From contig JAJDAO010000002.1 of assembly GCA_029261835.1 (NCBI GenBank), positions 6,167 through 70,166 on the forward strand: a stretch of 64,000 bases of DNA, given 5' to 3'. A program made the translations under genes and the position numbers. Every line of letters starts with the position of its first letter. Within the stretch, counting starts at the first letter, position 1. The notes beneath the pieces were generated by a model that saw only the letters and a program-made list of their open reading frames with translations, was not told where the DNA came from and searched no databases. Shown in pieces: positions 54,584 to 64,000 of this stretch. This DNA is from Deltaproteobacteria bacterium. Lineage in GTDB: Bacteria > Myxococcota_A > UBA9160 > UBA4427.

Positions 54584-55452
54584 GCACAGGCATCTCCTGG
54601 ACGGATGAGACCTGGAATCCGATTCGCGGCTGCACGCCGGTCAGCGCCGGCTGTACCAATTGCTACGCGGCACGACAGGCACGTCGGTTCAGCGGCCCGG
54701 GCAAGGCATACGATGGACTGACGCGCATGACTGCGAGCGGCCCGAAGTGGACTGGCAAGATCCGCCTAGTGCCGGAGGTGTTGGATCAGCCGCTTCGGTG
54801 GCGGAAGCCACGACGCATCTTCGTCAACAGCATGAGCGACCTCTTCCACGAGGACGTGCCAAGCGAGTTCATCGCCGCCGTGTTCGGCGTGATGGCAGGC
54901 GCTCGCCAACACACGTTCCAAGTGCTCACGAAACGCCCGGAGCGAATGGCGCAGTGGTTCCGGTGGGTGGAAACAGATGTCCGTGAGCCGAGATGGGAGT
55001 GCCTAGAGAAGGCGGAAGAGCTCATCGACCGCGAGCCACAAGAGGACAGCGAATCCACTTGGCCCCTCCCCAACGTCTGGTCGGGCGTGAGCGTCGAAGA
55101 CCAGGAGGCAGCGAACGAGCGAATCCCGCTGCTACTCCAGACGCCGGCCGCCGTGCGGTTCCTGTCGTGCGAGCCGCTGCTGGGGCCCCTCGATCTCGAC
55201 CCGCGCAAGTGGGCACCGACAGATACCTGTTTCCAGGCGCCGCCAAAGCTCGACCAAGTGATCGTCGGCGGAGAGTCTGGGCCCGGTGCAAGGCCGTGCG
55301 ATGTCAGGTGGATTCGGAGCATCGTCCAGCAGTGTCGGGAAGCGAAGGTCGCGTGTTTCGTGAAGCAGGACTCCGGACTTCGTGCCGGTGAGCGAGGGCG
55401 GATTCCTGATGATCTCTGGATACAGGAGATGCCAGATGCCGCGAGACCCTGA
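54580..55452 (+). CDS. DUF5131 (phage Gp37/Gp68) protein
   Basis: TWNPIRGCTPVSAGCTNCYA, FVNSMSDLFH, SCEPLLG, VGGESG, KQ. Confidence 0.92.
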   Translation: MSTGISWTDETWNPIRGCTPVSAGCTNCYAARQARRFSGPGKAYDGLTRMTASGPKWTGKIRLVPEVLDQPLRWRKPRRIFVNSMSDLFHEDVPSEFIAAVFGVMAGARQHTFQVLTKRPERMAQWFRWVETDVREPRWECLEKAEELIDREPQEDSESTWPLPNVWSGVSVEDQEAANERIPLLLQTPAAVRFLSCEPLLGPLDLDPRKWAPTDTCFQAPPKLDQVIVGGESGPGARPCDVRWIRSIVQQCREAKVACFVKQDSGLRAGERGRIPDDLWIQEMPDAARP

Positions 55453-55912
55453 AAAGGCACGTGCCAGATCGCGACGCTACCGCGAGCGGAAGAAGATTGC
55501 GAAGTACGGTCCCGAGGCAGCAGGGAAAGATATGCGGGGACGTCACGGAAACTGCTCTGGTCCCAAGAATGCGCGGTGGAACGGAGGTCGAATCATCACG
55601 AGCCAGGGCTACGTTGCCGTTCGGGTGGCGCACGAACATCCTCATGCATGGGGACCGCCGGGATCCCGCCACAAATACGCATACGAGCACATCATCGTGG
55701 CTGTTGGGTATCTCGGTCGCCCCCTAGCCGAAGACGAACTCGTGCATCATCGCAGTGGCGATAAGACCGACAACCGTTGGGAGAACCTGGAGATCCTGTC
55801 CAGATCCGAGCATGCGAAGTGTCACGACAAGCAGCGAAGTCGCGACGATCTCGGAAGATTCAAACCTGGAGCAGGCTTGCGCGTGCAGCAGATGCCGGGG
55901 GGCGCGGCGTGA
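55436..55912 (+). CDS. HNH endonuclease
   Basis: YEHIIV...LGRPL...VHHRSGDKTDNRWENL...EHAKCH. Confidence 0.85.
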   Translation: MPRDPEKARARSRRYRERKKIAKYGPEAAGKDMRGRHGNCSGPKNARWNGGRIITSQGYVAVRVAHEHPHAWGPPGSRHKYAYEHIIVAVGYLGRPLAEDELVHHRSGDKTDNRWENLEILSRSEHAKCHDKQRSRDDLGRFKPGAGLRVQQMPGGAA

Positions 55913-56157
55913 GCAACGCCTCGACCGGACAGCGCGTCGGTGTGGTGTGCGAGATATTGGAGCTGCTCGCTGATACGCGGCGCGGCATCACCTGCCACCA
56001 GGTCGCAGAGCGAGTGGCGATGAGCACGCGCGCGTGTCACCGGTACTTGCTGGCGATTGAGGCAAGCGGCTTTGCGCGGTCGGAGCGCTCGCCGGCTGAG
56101 AACGTGCCGTGGCGCTGGTTCGCCGGCGACCGGATGCGGAAGGTGGGCGCGGCGTGA
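55909..56157 (+). CDS. Winged-helix DNA-binding protein
   Basis: ILELL...ITCHQVAERVAMSTRACHRYLLAIEASG. Confidence 0.7.
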   Translation: MSNASTGQRVGVVCEILELLADTRRGITCHQVAERVAMSTRACHRYLLAIEASGFARSERSPAENVPWRWFAGDRMRKVGAA

Positions 56158-56405
56158 GTGCGGCGGGCACAGACTTCCCCACTCGCCACGCCTACAGGCG
56201 AACCGACGTTCGCGACTTGTTTGGGGCGAGTCTTCACGCGATCGACCGGGCGATCCGCGAAGGGCGGGTCCGGGTGAATCGCTACGGGCGGGGCGTGTAT
56301 CTCCATCCTGGGGACGTGGAGCGAACGTTCGGATTTCCGAGCGACGGCGAGAAGTTGCAGGTTTCCGCGGAATCACTGGCCGAGATGGAGGACTTGCTGG
56401 CATGA
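56154..56405 (+). CDS. xis: Excisionase-like HTH protein
   Basis: AIDRAIREGRVRVNRYGRGVYL; overlaps the integrase start. Confidence 0.7.
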   Translation: MSAAGTDFPTRHAYRRTDVRDLFGASLHAIDRAIREGRVRVNRYGRGVYLHPGDVERTFGFPSDGEKLQVSAESLAEMEDLLA

Positions 56406-57679
56406 TTCGCCGCATGAGCATCTACATCACAGACGCGCGGAAGCTACGCGGCGGGGCGTGGGCCGCGAAATATCCCGACAAGGCCGACGACCTCTGGTTG
56501 GTTGCCCAGGTGGGCGGGAAGAAGAAGCGAAAGAGAATCGGTCCGCCAACGGAAGAGAACCGAAAGGTCGCAGAGCAAAAGGCCGCCGAGTGGAGATTCA
56601 TCCTCGAACGAAGGTCGATGGGCGAGGCGGGAATGATAGCCGTCTCGTTCTCGGAGGCGGCCGACACCTACCTGAAGCGGGGGCTACGGAAGAGAGCGCC
56701 GAAGACAGTCAGAGGACGGGAGTATCAGGCGGGTGTCTTGAAGAATCACTTCGGCACAACAGCGATCGATCAGATCGATGCCGATGCCATCGCCACGTGG
56801 TGGGACGAGTTCGTCGAGGAAGGTGCCCGGGACGTTCGCACCGGTAGATCCTATCTGAACGTGCTCTCGATGATCTTCAAGCACGCGGCAAGAACCCACA
56901 AGGGACTAGCGAATCCCGTCTCGGAGGCTCGAGAGCGGATCATTGGCGAGATCCAGAACACAGCCGCCTATCGAGCCCGAGACCAAGAGAACTGCAATCC
57001 CGTTGCACCCGAGGAGATGGCGAAGCTCCTCCCGGAGCTGGAGCGGTATGGCAACGAGGATCTGTTGTTGACCGTACTTCTCATGTACGAGGGCGGCCTG
57101 CGGATCGCCGAGGCTCTGGGACTCCAGTGGGGCGACGTGTGGTGGGGTAAGGATGACTCCGATACCAGCCGCCACCTCCATATCCAGCGCACCCGCTCGA
57201 ACAGTGACGAGGGGGGCACGAAGTCAGGTCGACGGCGCAAGGTCTCGCTCAGTCGTCGCCTTCGAAGTCTTCTCCTTGAGCGGTACATGGCCATCGGGCG
57301 GCCTGCAGCGGGCACGTGGATTGTCGAGCAACACTGGACGAAGAACATCCGGGAGCGGATGACTCGAGTCTGCAAGCGAGCGGGGATCGCCCCTCATAGG
57401 CCGAAGGATTTCAGGGACACCTACGCTTCCACGCTGGTGACCCACGGCATTGTGCTGAAGTGGATCAGCATCCAGCTTGGGCATGCGAGCCTCGCCGTCA
57501 CGGAACGGCACTACGCTAGCTACATGGCGGTGGATGGATACCGAAACCCGTGGATGGTGTCGGAGGGGCAGCTCCCCCCCGACCTGTTCTCAGCACTCGA
57601 CGGATGGGCGGGCACCAAGAAGGCACCTACGGGCACCAAGAATGCTAAGCTATCGAAAATACAGGGGAATTCATGCTAA
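56402..57679 (+). CDS. int: Tyrosine recombinase/integrase
   Basis: GLRIAEALGL (R), TKSG (K), KDFRDTYAS, LGHAS, HY (catalytic Y); adjacent to att. Confidence 0.92.
   Translation: MIRRMSIYITDARKLRGGAWAAKYPDKADDLWLVAQVGGKKKRKRIGPPTEENRKVAEQKAAEWRFILERRSMGEAGMIAVSFSEAADTYLKRGLRKRAPKTVRGREYQAGVLKNHFGTTAIDQIDADAIATWWDEFVEEGARDVRTGRSYLNVLSMIFKHAARTHKGLANPVSEARERIIGEIQNTAAYRARDQENCNPVAPEEMAKLLPELERYGNEDLLLTVLLMYEGGLRIAEALGLQWGDVWWGKDDSDTSRHLHIQRTRSNSDEGGTKSGRRRKVSLSRRLRSLLLERYMAIGRPAAGTWIVEQHWTKNIRERMTRVCKRAGIAPHRPKDFRDTYASTLVTHGIVLKWISIQLGHASLAVTERHYASYMAVDGYRNPWMVSEGQLPPDLFSALDGWAGTKKAPTGTKNAKLSKIQGNSC
57610..57642 (+). repeat. Three tandem arm-type-like repeats
   Basis: GGGCACCAAGAA, AGGCACCTAC, GGGCACCAAGAA. 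Confidence 0.65.
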
Positions 57680-57698
57680 CCCCCTATCTCGTACATCT
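57676..57698. repeat. Right att site (phage-supplied moaA 3' end)
   Basis: CTAACCCCCTATCTCGTACATCT; exact core 57686-57698. Confidence 0.9.
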
Positions 57699-58755
57699 CC
57701 ACCCGCCGTGTCGTGTCCTGTTCGGCGCCATCGGGCTGCTCGCCGCGCATGATGGCCGTTCTCTCTTCCGAGTATTGATCACTGCGTCGCTGCCAGATGC
57801 CTCGGATCAGCTCTGTCAGCTCCTCGTCACTCGCGCCATCGCGTAGTGGCGCGCGCAGGTCTGTGCCACCGCTGGCGAAGAGACAGGTGACGAGTCGGCC
57901 GTCCGTGGTGAGACGAGCCCGCGTGCAGCCACTGCAGAAGGGCTCGGAGACGGAGGTGATGATGCCGATCTCACCGTCGCCGTCGCGGTAGCGCCAGCGC
58001 TTGGCGACCTCGCCAGCATAGTTGGGGTCGATGGGCTGGATGGGGAGCTCGGCGTCGATGCGTGCCACGATCTCGCTGGCGGGCAGCACCTGCGTGACAT
58101 CCCAGCCGTTCTTCGTTCCGACGTCCATGAACTCGATGAAGCGCACGATGTGCCCGCTGCCCTTGAAGTGACGGGCCAGCGCCACCAACGTGTGATCGTT
58201 GACGCCCTTCTGTACGACGCAGTTCAGCTTGAGTGCACCGAAGCCCACCGCCTGCGCGGTCTCGATCCCCTCGAGCACCGCACCCACAGTCAGCTTGCCG
58301 CCGTTCATGCGTCGAAAGACCGCCTCGTCGAGACTGTCGAGACTCACCGTCATGCGGCCGAGTCCGGCACGCCGCAGTGTACCGGCCATGCGCTTCAGCA
58401 GTGTGGCGTTGGTGGTAAGGCCGATGTCCTCGATCCCCGCCACGGCGCGCAGCCTTGCGATGAGATCCGCTAGATCGTGACGCAGCAGCGGCTCTCCGCC
58501 GGTGATCCGGACCTTGCGCACACCCAGCCCAACCATGATGCGGGTGAGGCGCTCGATCTCTTCGAACGACAGGATCTCGCGGCGCGGCAAGAACGAGTAG
58601 CTCTCACCGAAGATCTCGGCCGGCATGCAGTAGCCGCAGCGGAAGTTGCACCGGTCGGTGACCGAGATGCGCAGATCGCGCAGCGGGCGTTCGCGCGCGT
58701 CGCGGCTGGGCTCGGAGCGCGCGGCGCTCTCGGCACTCGTTCGGGCAACGCTCAT
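57676..58755 (-). CDS. moaA: GTP 3',8-cyclase MoaA
   Basis: LRISVTDRCNFRCGYCMP, TGGEPL, FCSGCTRARL...C, C-terminal MYEIGG. Confidence 0.96.
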   Translation of the reverse strand: MSVARTSAESAARSEPSRDARERPLRDLRISVTDRCNFRCGYCMPAEIFGESYSFLPRREILSFEEIERLTRIMVGLGVRKVRITGGEPLLRHDLADLIARLRAVAGIEDIGLTTNATLLKRMAGTLRRAGLGRMTVSLDSLDEAVFRRMNGGKLTVGAVLEGIETAQAVGFGALKLNCVVQKGVNDHTLVALARHFKGSGHIVRFIEFMDVGTKNGWDVTQVLPASEIVARIDAELPIQPIDPNYAGEVAKRWRYRDGDGEIGIITSVSEPFCSGCTRARLTTDGRLVTCLFASGGTDLRAPLRDGASDEELTELIRGIWQRRSDQYSEERTAIMRGEQPDGAEQDTTRRVEMYEIGG

Positions 58756-58845
58756 TCGAAAGGCTCCTGCGGGCTTTGCGATCGGCTGCAGGCAAAACGG
58801 CGTTATGGAAACCCGTGCCGGCAAATCAGGTTAGCGCGCCGGCCG

Positions 58846-60468
58846 TCACAGGGTAAACAAGTTGCCACGCCCCAGACAGCCCGCGGGGTCTAGCGCGAGC
58901 TTGACCGCTCGCATGCCCGCGATACCGGCCTCACCCAGCCATTCGCCCAGCGCCTCGCGCTTGATCTTTCCGATCCCGTGCTCGGCCGAGGGGCTGCCGC
59001 CCAGCGCCACGGCACGGCGGGTGAGGTGGCGGTAGACGGCGCGCGCCAATGCCAGGCCGGCCGCGCTCTCGGGCAGGAAGTTCACGTGCAGGTGGTTGTC
59101 CCCGATGTGGCCGAAGGTGACAGCGGCGAGCCGCTTGGGCAGTGCTGCTCGCGAGTCGCTGTCGACGCCGAGCTCGCTGAGCAGCGCCCGCCGCTCCTCG
59201 GCCGACAGCAAGCCCAACGGATCGTCCGCGGCACGCCGATACAGAGCCAGCATCTCGTGAAGGGCTGCATCGGGCACGACCAGATCGGTGCCGAGCTTCG
59301 GCATGCCGGCCCGGGCCGCGCGCTCGTTTACGCCGACCGGGACGGCGTGACGTGCGGCCCGCATGCGCTCGCAGGCGCTGGCTTCGCGGGCGACCAACAC
59401 GCCACTCGGCTCGTCCAGCAACGCGCCGCACTCGCCGAGCAACGTGTGCCAGCGTTCGAGCAGCGCAGCCTCTTCGGCTGCCGCGCACTCCTGCTCGCAG
59501 TAGACGCCACAGATCGCGCCGCCGGGCAGTGCGAAATCGGGCATGTGAGTTCGAATCAAATCCAATGCGGCACAGTCGAGCCATTCGAGGCAGCGGGGCC
59601 GCACGCCGCCCTGCCCTCGCCCCTCGTCGCGTGCCCGCTCCACCAACGAGAGCCCCGCCCCCTCATCGTCAAAGAAGGCAAACAGAGCGACCACTTGCTC
59701 GGGCAGCGGCAGCATCGCCACTTCGACCTCGCTTACGACGCCGAGCGTCCCCTCGCTGCCGATGAAGAGATCGACCAGGTCGAGTTCCGGCGTCCCGGCC
59801 GCATAGCCGCCCGCGTGTTTCGATGTGAGGGGAAGACGGTGGTGCGGAACCGGAATACGCGTGACGCTGGCATCGCGGCGCTCGATCTCGAAGTGCTGCC
59901 CCGCCCGCGCCCGGACCTGGCCGCGAGCGAGATCCAGCACCTCGCCACTGGCCAGCACTACTCGCAGCCCCTCGACCCAGCGCCGAGTCGCCCCGTAGAG
60001 GAAGCTCCGAGCACCGGAGGCATTGCACGCCAGCGAGCCGCCGAGCGTGCAGTCGTCTCGGCTGGTGGGATCGGGCGGGTAGAAGAAGCTGCGCTGCTCG
60101 ATGACACGCTGGAAGTCGCCGAGTCGCACGCCGGCCTGCGCCCGGGCGCGGCGTGCCGACACGTCGATGTCGAGCACACCGGTGAGCTTCTCCGTTGAGA
60201 GCAAGCTGCCGCCAGCCGGAACGGAGGCCGCCGTGGTGCTGGTCTGGCCAGCCACTACGGTGATGGGCTCGCCAGCGGCCGAGGCATCTGCCAGCACGCG
60301 AGAGACCGCGGCCTCATCCGCCGGGCGAAAGAGCGCGCTCGCCTCGCCTCGCCGGCCGCTGGCATCGCAGAGATAGCCGGCGATCACATCGGGATCGCGA
60401 CACGCTGAGGCGGGATCGCCGCCACCGGCCCGAGGCTCCGTGACTCGGATTCGGTTCATCTCCGGCAC
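58846..60468 (-). CDS. FAD-binding oxidoreductase (GlcD/D-lactate dehydrogenase family)
   Basis: YPPDPTS, TLGG..ACNASG, GSEGTLG, GHIGDNHLH, AEHGIGK. Confidence 0.9.
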   Translation of the reverse strand: MPEMNRIRVTEPRAGGGDPASACRDPDVIAGYLCDASGRRGEASALFRPADEAAVSRVLADASAAGEPITVVAGQTSTTAASVPAGGSLLSTEKLTGVLDIDVSARRARAQAGVRLGDFQRVIEQRSFFYPPDPTSRDDCTLGGSLACNASGARSFLYGATRRWVEGLRVVLASGEVLDLARGQVRARAGQHFEIERRDASVTRIPVPHHRLPLTSKHAGGYAAGTPELDLVDLFIGSEGTLGVVSEVEVAMLPLPEQVVALFAFFDDEGAGLSLVERARDEGRGQGGVRPRCLEWLDCAALDLIRTHMPDFALPGGAICGVYCEQECAAAEEAALLERWHTLLGECGALLDEPSGVLVAREASACERMRAARHAVPVGVNERAARAGMPKLGTDLVVPDAALHEMLALYRRAADDPLGLLSAEERRALLSELGVDSDSRAALPKRLAAVTFGHIGDNHLHVNFLPESAAGLALARAVYRHLTRRAVALGGSPSAEHGIGKIKREALGEWLGEAGIAGMRAVKLALDPAGCLGRGNLFTL

Positions 60469-60691
60469 CTCAACAAGTCAGCAACACGACATGCAGACCG
60501 GCCTCGAGACCGAGACGGCCCGGCAGCAACGCAACGAGCAGCGTGCCACGCGCCGGCCCGGGACTGATCCCGCGATCGGCCATGCGGCGAGCGAGTAGCC
60601 GCGCGTGATGAGCAACATCAACATGGGCCCGGCCAGGGGGAGTGCGTTGACCGCGTCGATCCACTCCGTCACCCGCTCCCCCGACCCGCTG

Positions 60692-61285
60692 CTATTCGGC
60701 TGCTTCGACCTCGCTCGAGCGCTCGATGATCTGGCTCACCAGACCGTATTGCCTGGCCTCCTCGGCGTTCATCCAGAAGTTGCGATCGCTGTCGGAGGCC
60801 ACCTTTTCGACGTCCTGTCCCGTCTCGTGGGCGACCAGCTTGTTGATGCGCTCGCGCAGCTTGAGGATCTCCTCGGCCGCAATGCGAATGTCGGTCGCCT
60901 GCCCGCCTGCGCCGCCGTGCGGCTGGTGGAGCAGGAAGCGCGTGTTGGGCAGCGAATAGCGGTCGCATTTGGCGGCGGCCAGCATGATCGGCACGCCGAT
61001 GCTCGCCACCCAGCCCGCGCCGATGGTGATCACGCGCGCCTCCACGTATTTCATCATGTCGTGAATGGCGAAGCCCGAATCGACGTGGCCGCCCTGCGTC
61101 GAGATGACGAGGCGGATGGGCTGCGAGCCCGCGGCGTTCAGGATCAGGAGCTGCGACATGACTCGGTCCGCGAGCTTCTCGTCGACCTCGCCGGACACGA
61201 GGATCGTCCTCGTCTCGAGCATGCGGCCGATCAGGCCGTGGTCCTTCGCGGCGCCCTGTGCTTCGTCTTCTTCGTATTCGTTCAC
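60692..61285 (-). CDS. clpP: ATP-dependent Clp protease proteolytic subunit
   Basis: GGHVDSGFAIHD, VASIG (Ser), LHQPHGG (His), DRNFWM. Confidence 0.93.
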   Translation of the reverse strand: MNEYEEDEAQGAAKDHGLIGRMLETRTILVSGEVDEKLADRVMSQLLILNAAGSQPIRLVISTQGGHVDSGFAIHDMMKYVEARVITIGAGWVASIGVPIMLAAAKCDRYSLPNTRFLLHQPHGGAGGQATDIRIAAEEILKLRERINKLVAHETGQDVEKVASDSDRNFWMNAEEARQYGLVSQIIERSSEVEAAE

Positions 61286-61348
61286 GCCGCCCCCGCCTCC
61301 CTGTGTGCCGTGATTCGGGCGACGTTAGCCGATTCCACCTGCGCGGGC

Positions 61349-62119
61349 TCAATCGCCGAAGTGTCCGTGACGCCCGGCCCCCGCCGCAAAACGGCGCGCA
61401 CCCGCCAAGGTTTCACCGGAGCGGATAACCGCCATGCCAAGGCGGGTCTCACTGAGTAGTGCCTCGTCGAGATCGAGCGACCACTGACGAATGGCCGAGA
61501 GGCGATCGGCACGCAGACAACGCTGCGGAAAGCGAGCCAGCTCGTCGGCCAGTCGCAGCGCCTCTTCGAGCGCCGCACCGGGCGCCACCAGCCGGTTGGC
61601 GAGTCCCACGCGTTCGGCCTCATCGCCCGAAACCCCGCGACCCGTGAGGATCATGTCCATGGCGACGCTGTGGCCGACCAGGCGCGGGAGCCGAACGGTG
61701 CCACCGTCGATCAGCGGCACGCCCCAACGGCGGCAGTAGACGCCGAAGACCGCGTCCCGAGCCACCACCCGCATGTCGCACCAGATCGCCAGCTCGAGAC
61801 CGCCCGCCACGGCATGGCCCTCCACGGCCGCGATCACCGGCTTCGAGAGCAGCAGCCGGCTCGGTCCCATCGGGCCGTCGCCCTGCTCGTCCACCCGATT
61901 GCCTCGTTCGCTCGCCGTCGCCTTCAGGTCGGCGCCCGCACAGAAGCAGCCGCCGGCACCGGTCAGAACCGCGATCGCGAGAGCATCGTCGGCCTCGAAG
62001 CGCCGAAAGGCCTCGGCCAGCTCCTGCGCGGTCGGCCCGTCGACACAGTTTCGCACTGCCGGGCGGTCGATCGTCACGATCGCGGTCTGGTCCTTGATTT
62101 CAAAGAGAACAGTGCTCAT
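61349..62119 (-). CDS. Enoyl-CoA hydratase/isomerase family protein
   Basis: FCAGADL, AVAGGLELA, RRWGVPLIDGG. Confidence 0.92.
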   Translation of the reverse strand: MSTVLFEIKDQTAIVTIDRPAVRNCVDGPTAQELAEAFRRFEADDALAIAVLTGAGGCFCAGADLKATASERGNRVDEQGDGPMGPSRLLLSKPVIAAVEGHAVAGGLELAIWCDMRVVARDAVFGVYCRRWGVPLIDGGTVRLPRLVGHSVAMDMILTGRGVSGDEAERVGLANRLVAPGAALEEALRLADELARFPQRCLRADRLSAIRQWSLDLDEALLSETRLGMAVIRSGETLAGARRFAAGAGRHGHFGD

Positions 62120-62297
62120 CTCCCCTCCTGCCTTCTCCACGGGATCTTCTCGCCGAGGCCGACGCCGCCGGCGCTCCCCAGGGTACGCGATCACGCACCT
62201 TCCAGCGCCGCTACGCGGACGAGCCTGCTGCGAGCTGGTCGGCCCGCCGCCGACGCGGTTACACTGGGGCTGCATCCGGCTGACAACGGGAGACCTC

Positions 62298-63875
62298 ATG
62301 GAAGTACCGCTGCTCGTCGACGATTTCCTGCGCAGGGCCGTCCAGGTGTACCCCGACAAGACAGCGGTGGTGGACGGTGATCTCCGGCTCAGCTATCGCG
62401 ATCTCCAGAGACGGGTGAACCAGCTCTCCAATGCCCTGCTCGGCCTCGGTCTGGTGGCGGGAGACCGCGTTTGCATCCTCAGCCCAAACTCGCACTTCTT
62501 CCTGGAGAGCTTCTACGCAACGAGCCAGATCGGTGTTGTTCTCGTCCCTCTGAATTACCGCCTCGGCCCATCCGAGCACGAGTACATCCTGAACCACGCG
62601 GGTGTCCGGGCGGTGTTGGTCGACTGGGAGTACACGGGCGTGGTCGACGAGATCCGCTCGAACCTGGCGAGTGTCGAGCACTGGATCATCGCCAGCGAGA
62701 CCGGCGAGGCCCACGAGGGCTGGTGTGACTGGAACGCCCTGCTGGCCGAGACCGCCTGCAGCCCGCCGCCCGATCCCGGAGTCTGCGAGAACGACGTGGT
62801 CTCCATCAACTACACGTCGGGCACCACGGCACGACCCAAGGGCGTGATGCTCACGCACCGCAACTGCTACCTCAACGCCTACAACATGATCGCCCACCTC
62901 GGCATCCGACACGAGGACGTGGAGCTCTGGACACTGCCGATGTTCCACTGCAATGGCTGGGGCGGCGTCTACGCGCTGACGGGCATGGGGGGCACGCACG
63001 TGGTGCTCCGCAACGTCGAAGCAGGGCAGATCTTCGGACTGATCGAACGCGAGAGCGTGACATTCGCCTGCATGGCGCCGGCAGTCCTGCGCACGATTCT
63101 CGACTACAACGGGAGGGACGAGCACGTAATCACCTCGCGACCGCGCTTCGCGGTCGCAGGCGCTCCGCCGCCCGCTGCATTCATCGAACGCCTCGAGCAA
63201 GAACTCGGCTGGCGCTTCGTGCAGATCTACGGCCTGACCGAGACGGCACCGCTGCTGACCGTCGCCCACCCCGACCACAATACCGAGGCCAAAGACTACG
63301 CACGCCGCTCGCGCGCTGGCGTGCCCGGCATCGGCGTCGAGCTGGCGGTGCTCGATGACGAGGGGCAGCCGGTGGCGATGGACGGCCAGAGCGTCGGTGA
63401 GATCTGCGCCCGCTCCAACGTGGTCTTCAAGGGCTACTACGAGCAGCCAGATCAGACCGAGGCCGCGATCGTCGACGGCTGGTTCCACACCGGGGACCTG
63501 GCCGTCTGGGACGAGACCCGATGCATCGACATCGTCGACCGAAAGAAGGACGTCATCATTTCGGGCGGCGAGAACATCAGCTCACCGGAGATCGAAGACA
63601 TGCTCTACCGGCACGCCGCCGTGCTGGAGTGCGCGGTGATCGGCGTACCGGACGAGAAATGGGGTGAGACGCCTATGGCGCTGATCGTGCTGCGCTCCGG
63701 CCGCCTGCCGAGCGAGCAGGACATCATCGATTTCTGTCGCGAGCGGCTGGCCCACTTCAAGTGCCCGACACGCGTGGCCTTCGTGAGGGAGCTGCCGCGT
63801 ACGGCGACCGGCAAGCTGAAGAAGTTTCGTCTGCGCGAGCAGTTCTGGCAGGGCGAGCAGCGACGAGTCAAGTGA
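62298..63875 (+). CDS. Long-chain-fatty-acid--CoA ligase
   Basis: YTSGTTARPKG, YGLTE, GWFHTGD, DRKKD, TATGK. Confidence 0.93.
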   Translation: MEVPLLVDDFLRRAVQVYPDKTAVVDGDLRLSYRDLQRRVNQLSNALLGLGLVAGDRVCILSPNSHFFLESFYATSQIGVVLVPLNYRLGPSEHEYILNHAGVRAVLVDWEYTGVVDEIRSNLASVEHWIIASETGEAHEGWCDWNALLAETACSPPPDPGVCENDVVSINYTSGTTARPKGVMLTHRNCYLNAYNMIAHLGIRHEDVELWTLPMFHCNGWGGVYALTGMGGTHVVLRNVEAGQIFGLIERESVTFACMAPAVLRTILDYNGRDEHVITSRPRFAVAGAPPPAAFIERLEQELGWRFVQIYGLTETAPLLTVAHPDHNTEAKDYARRSRAGVPGIGVELAVLDDEGQPVAMDGQSVGEICARSNVVFKGYYEQPDQTEAAIVDGWFHTGDLAVWDETRCIDIVDRKKDVIISGGENISSPEIEDMLYRHAAVLECAVIGVPDEKWGETPMALIVLRSGRLPSEQDIIDFCRERLAHFKCPTRVAFVRELPRTATGKLKKFRLREQFWQGEQRRVK

Positions 63876-64000
63876 CCGGGCCGAGGCCGCTGCCTTGCCC
63901 ACGGGGACGCGATAGAGGACCGCGTCACAGCGGAACAACGCTGTTCGATTATTGGACCCTCACGGCACTTTAGTCTGACTATTAGTCACTCGGTGCGGAT

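Larger units (their letters stand above)
4525..57698. mobile_element. Complete temperate prophage (~53 kb; lambda-like head, Mu-like contractile tail) integrated in the moaA 3' end
   Basis: Flanking att repeats, integrase/xis at the right end, and full immunity, replication, packaging, head, tail and lysis modules. Confidence 0.92.

Noticed and set aside
56057..56401. N-terminal extension of the integrase ORF
   Set aside because: It overlaps the HTH and xis genes; GGAGG supports ATG 56402
2518..63488. Many long Arg/Ala/Pro-rich alternative-frame ORFs (e.g. 2518-3864, 12722-13897, 23500-24663, 28712-29938, 48002-49411, 58978-60198, 62259-63488)
   Set aside because: Shadow ORFs expected in high-GC DNA, overlapping well-supported genes and lacking motifs

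Overview
GC-rich bacterial chromosome segment (host possibly Myxococcota/Deltaproteobacteria, inferred only from gene style) carrying an apparently complete ~53 kb temperate prophage (~4525-57698) integrated in the last codons of moaA. A 23-bp repeat (21/23 identical, 13-bp exact core ATCTCGTACATCT) flanks it, and the phage copy rebuilds the MoaA C-terminus MYEIGG*. The phage has a tyrosine integrase and xis, a recombination/replication/methylase early region, a lambdoid cI/cro switch with 17-bp operators, an initiator-type tRNA-Met, a lambda-like cos/terminase/head module, a Mu-like contractile tail and an M15 endolysin lysis cassette. Unusual features: (i) four signal-peptide-bearing proteins in the late operon after the tail fibre, including a Cys-type sulfatase and a protein with tail-fibre-like motifs; (ii) a Dam methylase + ParB-like + degenerate-REase/HEPN cassette, a candidate defence system; (iii) a HerA-like ATPase with tandem wHTH repeats that is joined to int only after excision; (iv) a parS-like palindrome between two 9-bp repeat arrays at the putative late promoter; (v) antisense morons (pentapeptide repeat, SLATT with an overlapping Pro-rich peptide, Panacea-like). 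Host flanks: secreted caspase/CsgG operon (left); moaA, FAD oxidoreductase, clpP, enoyl-CoA hydratase and acyl-CoA ligase (right). All family calls come from reading motifs by eye; no database searches were run.
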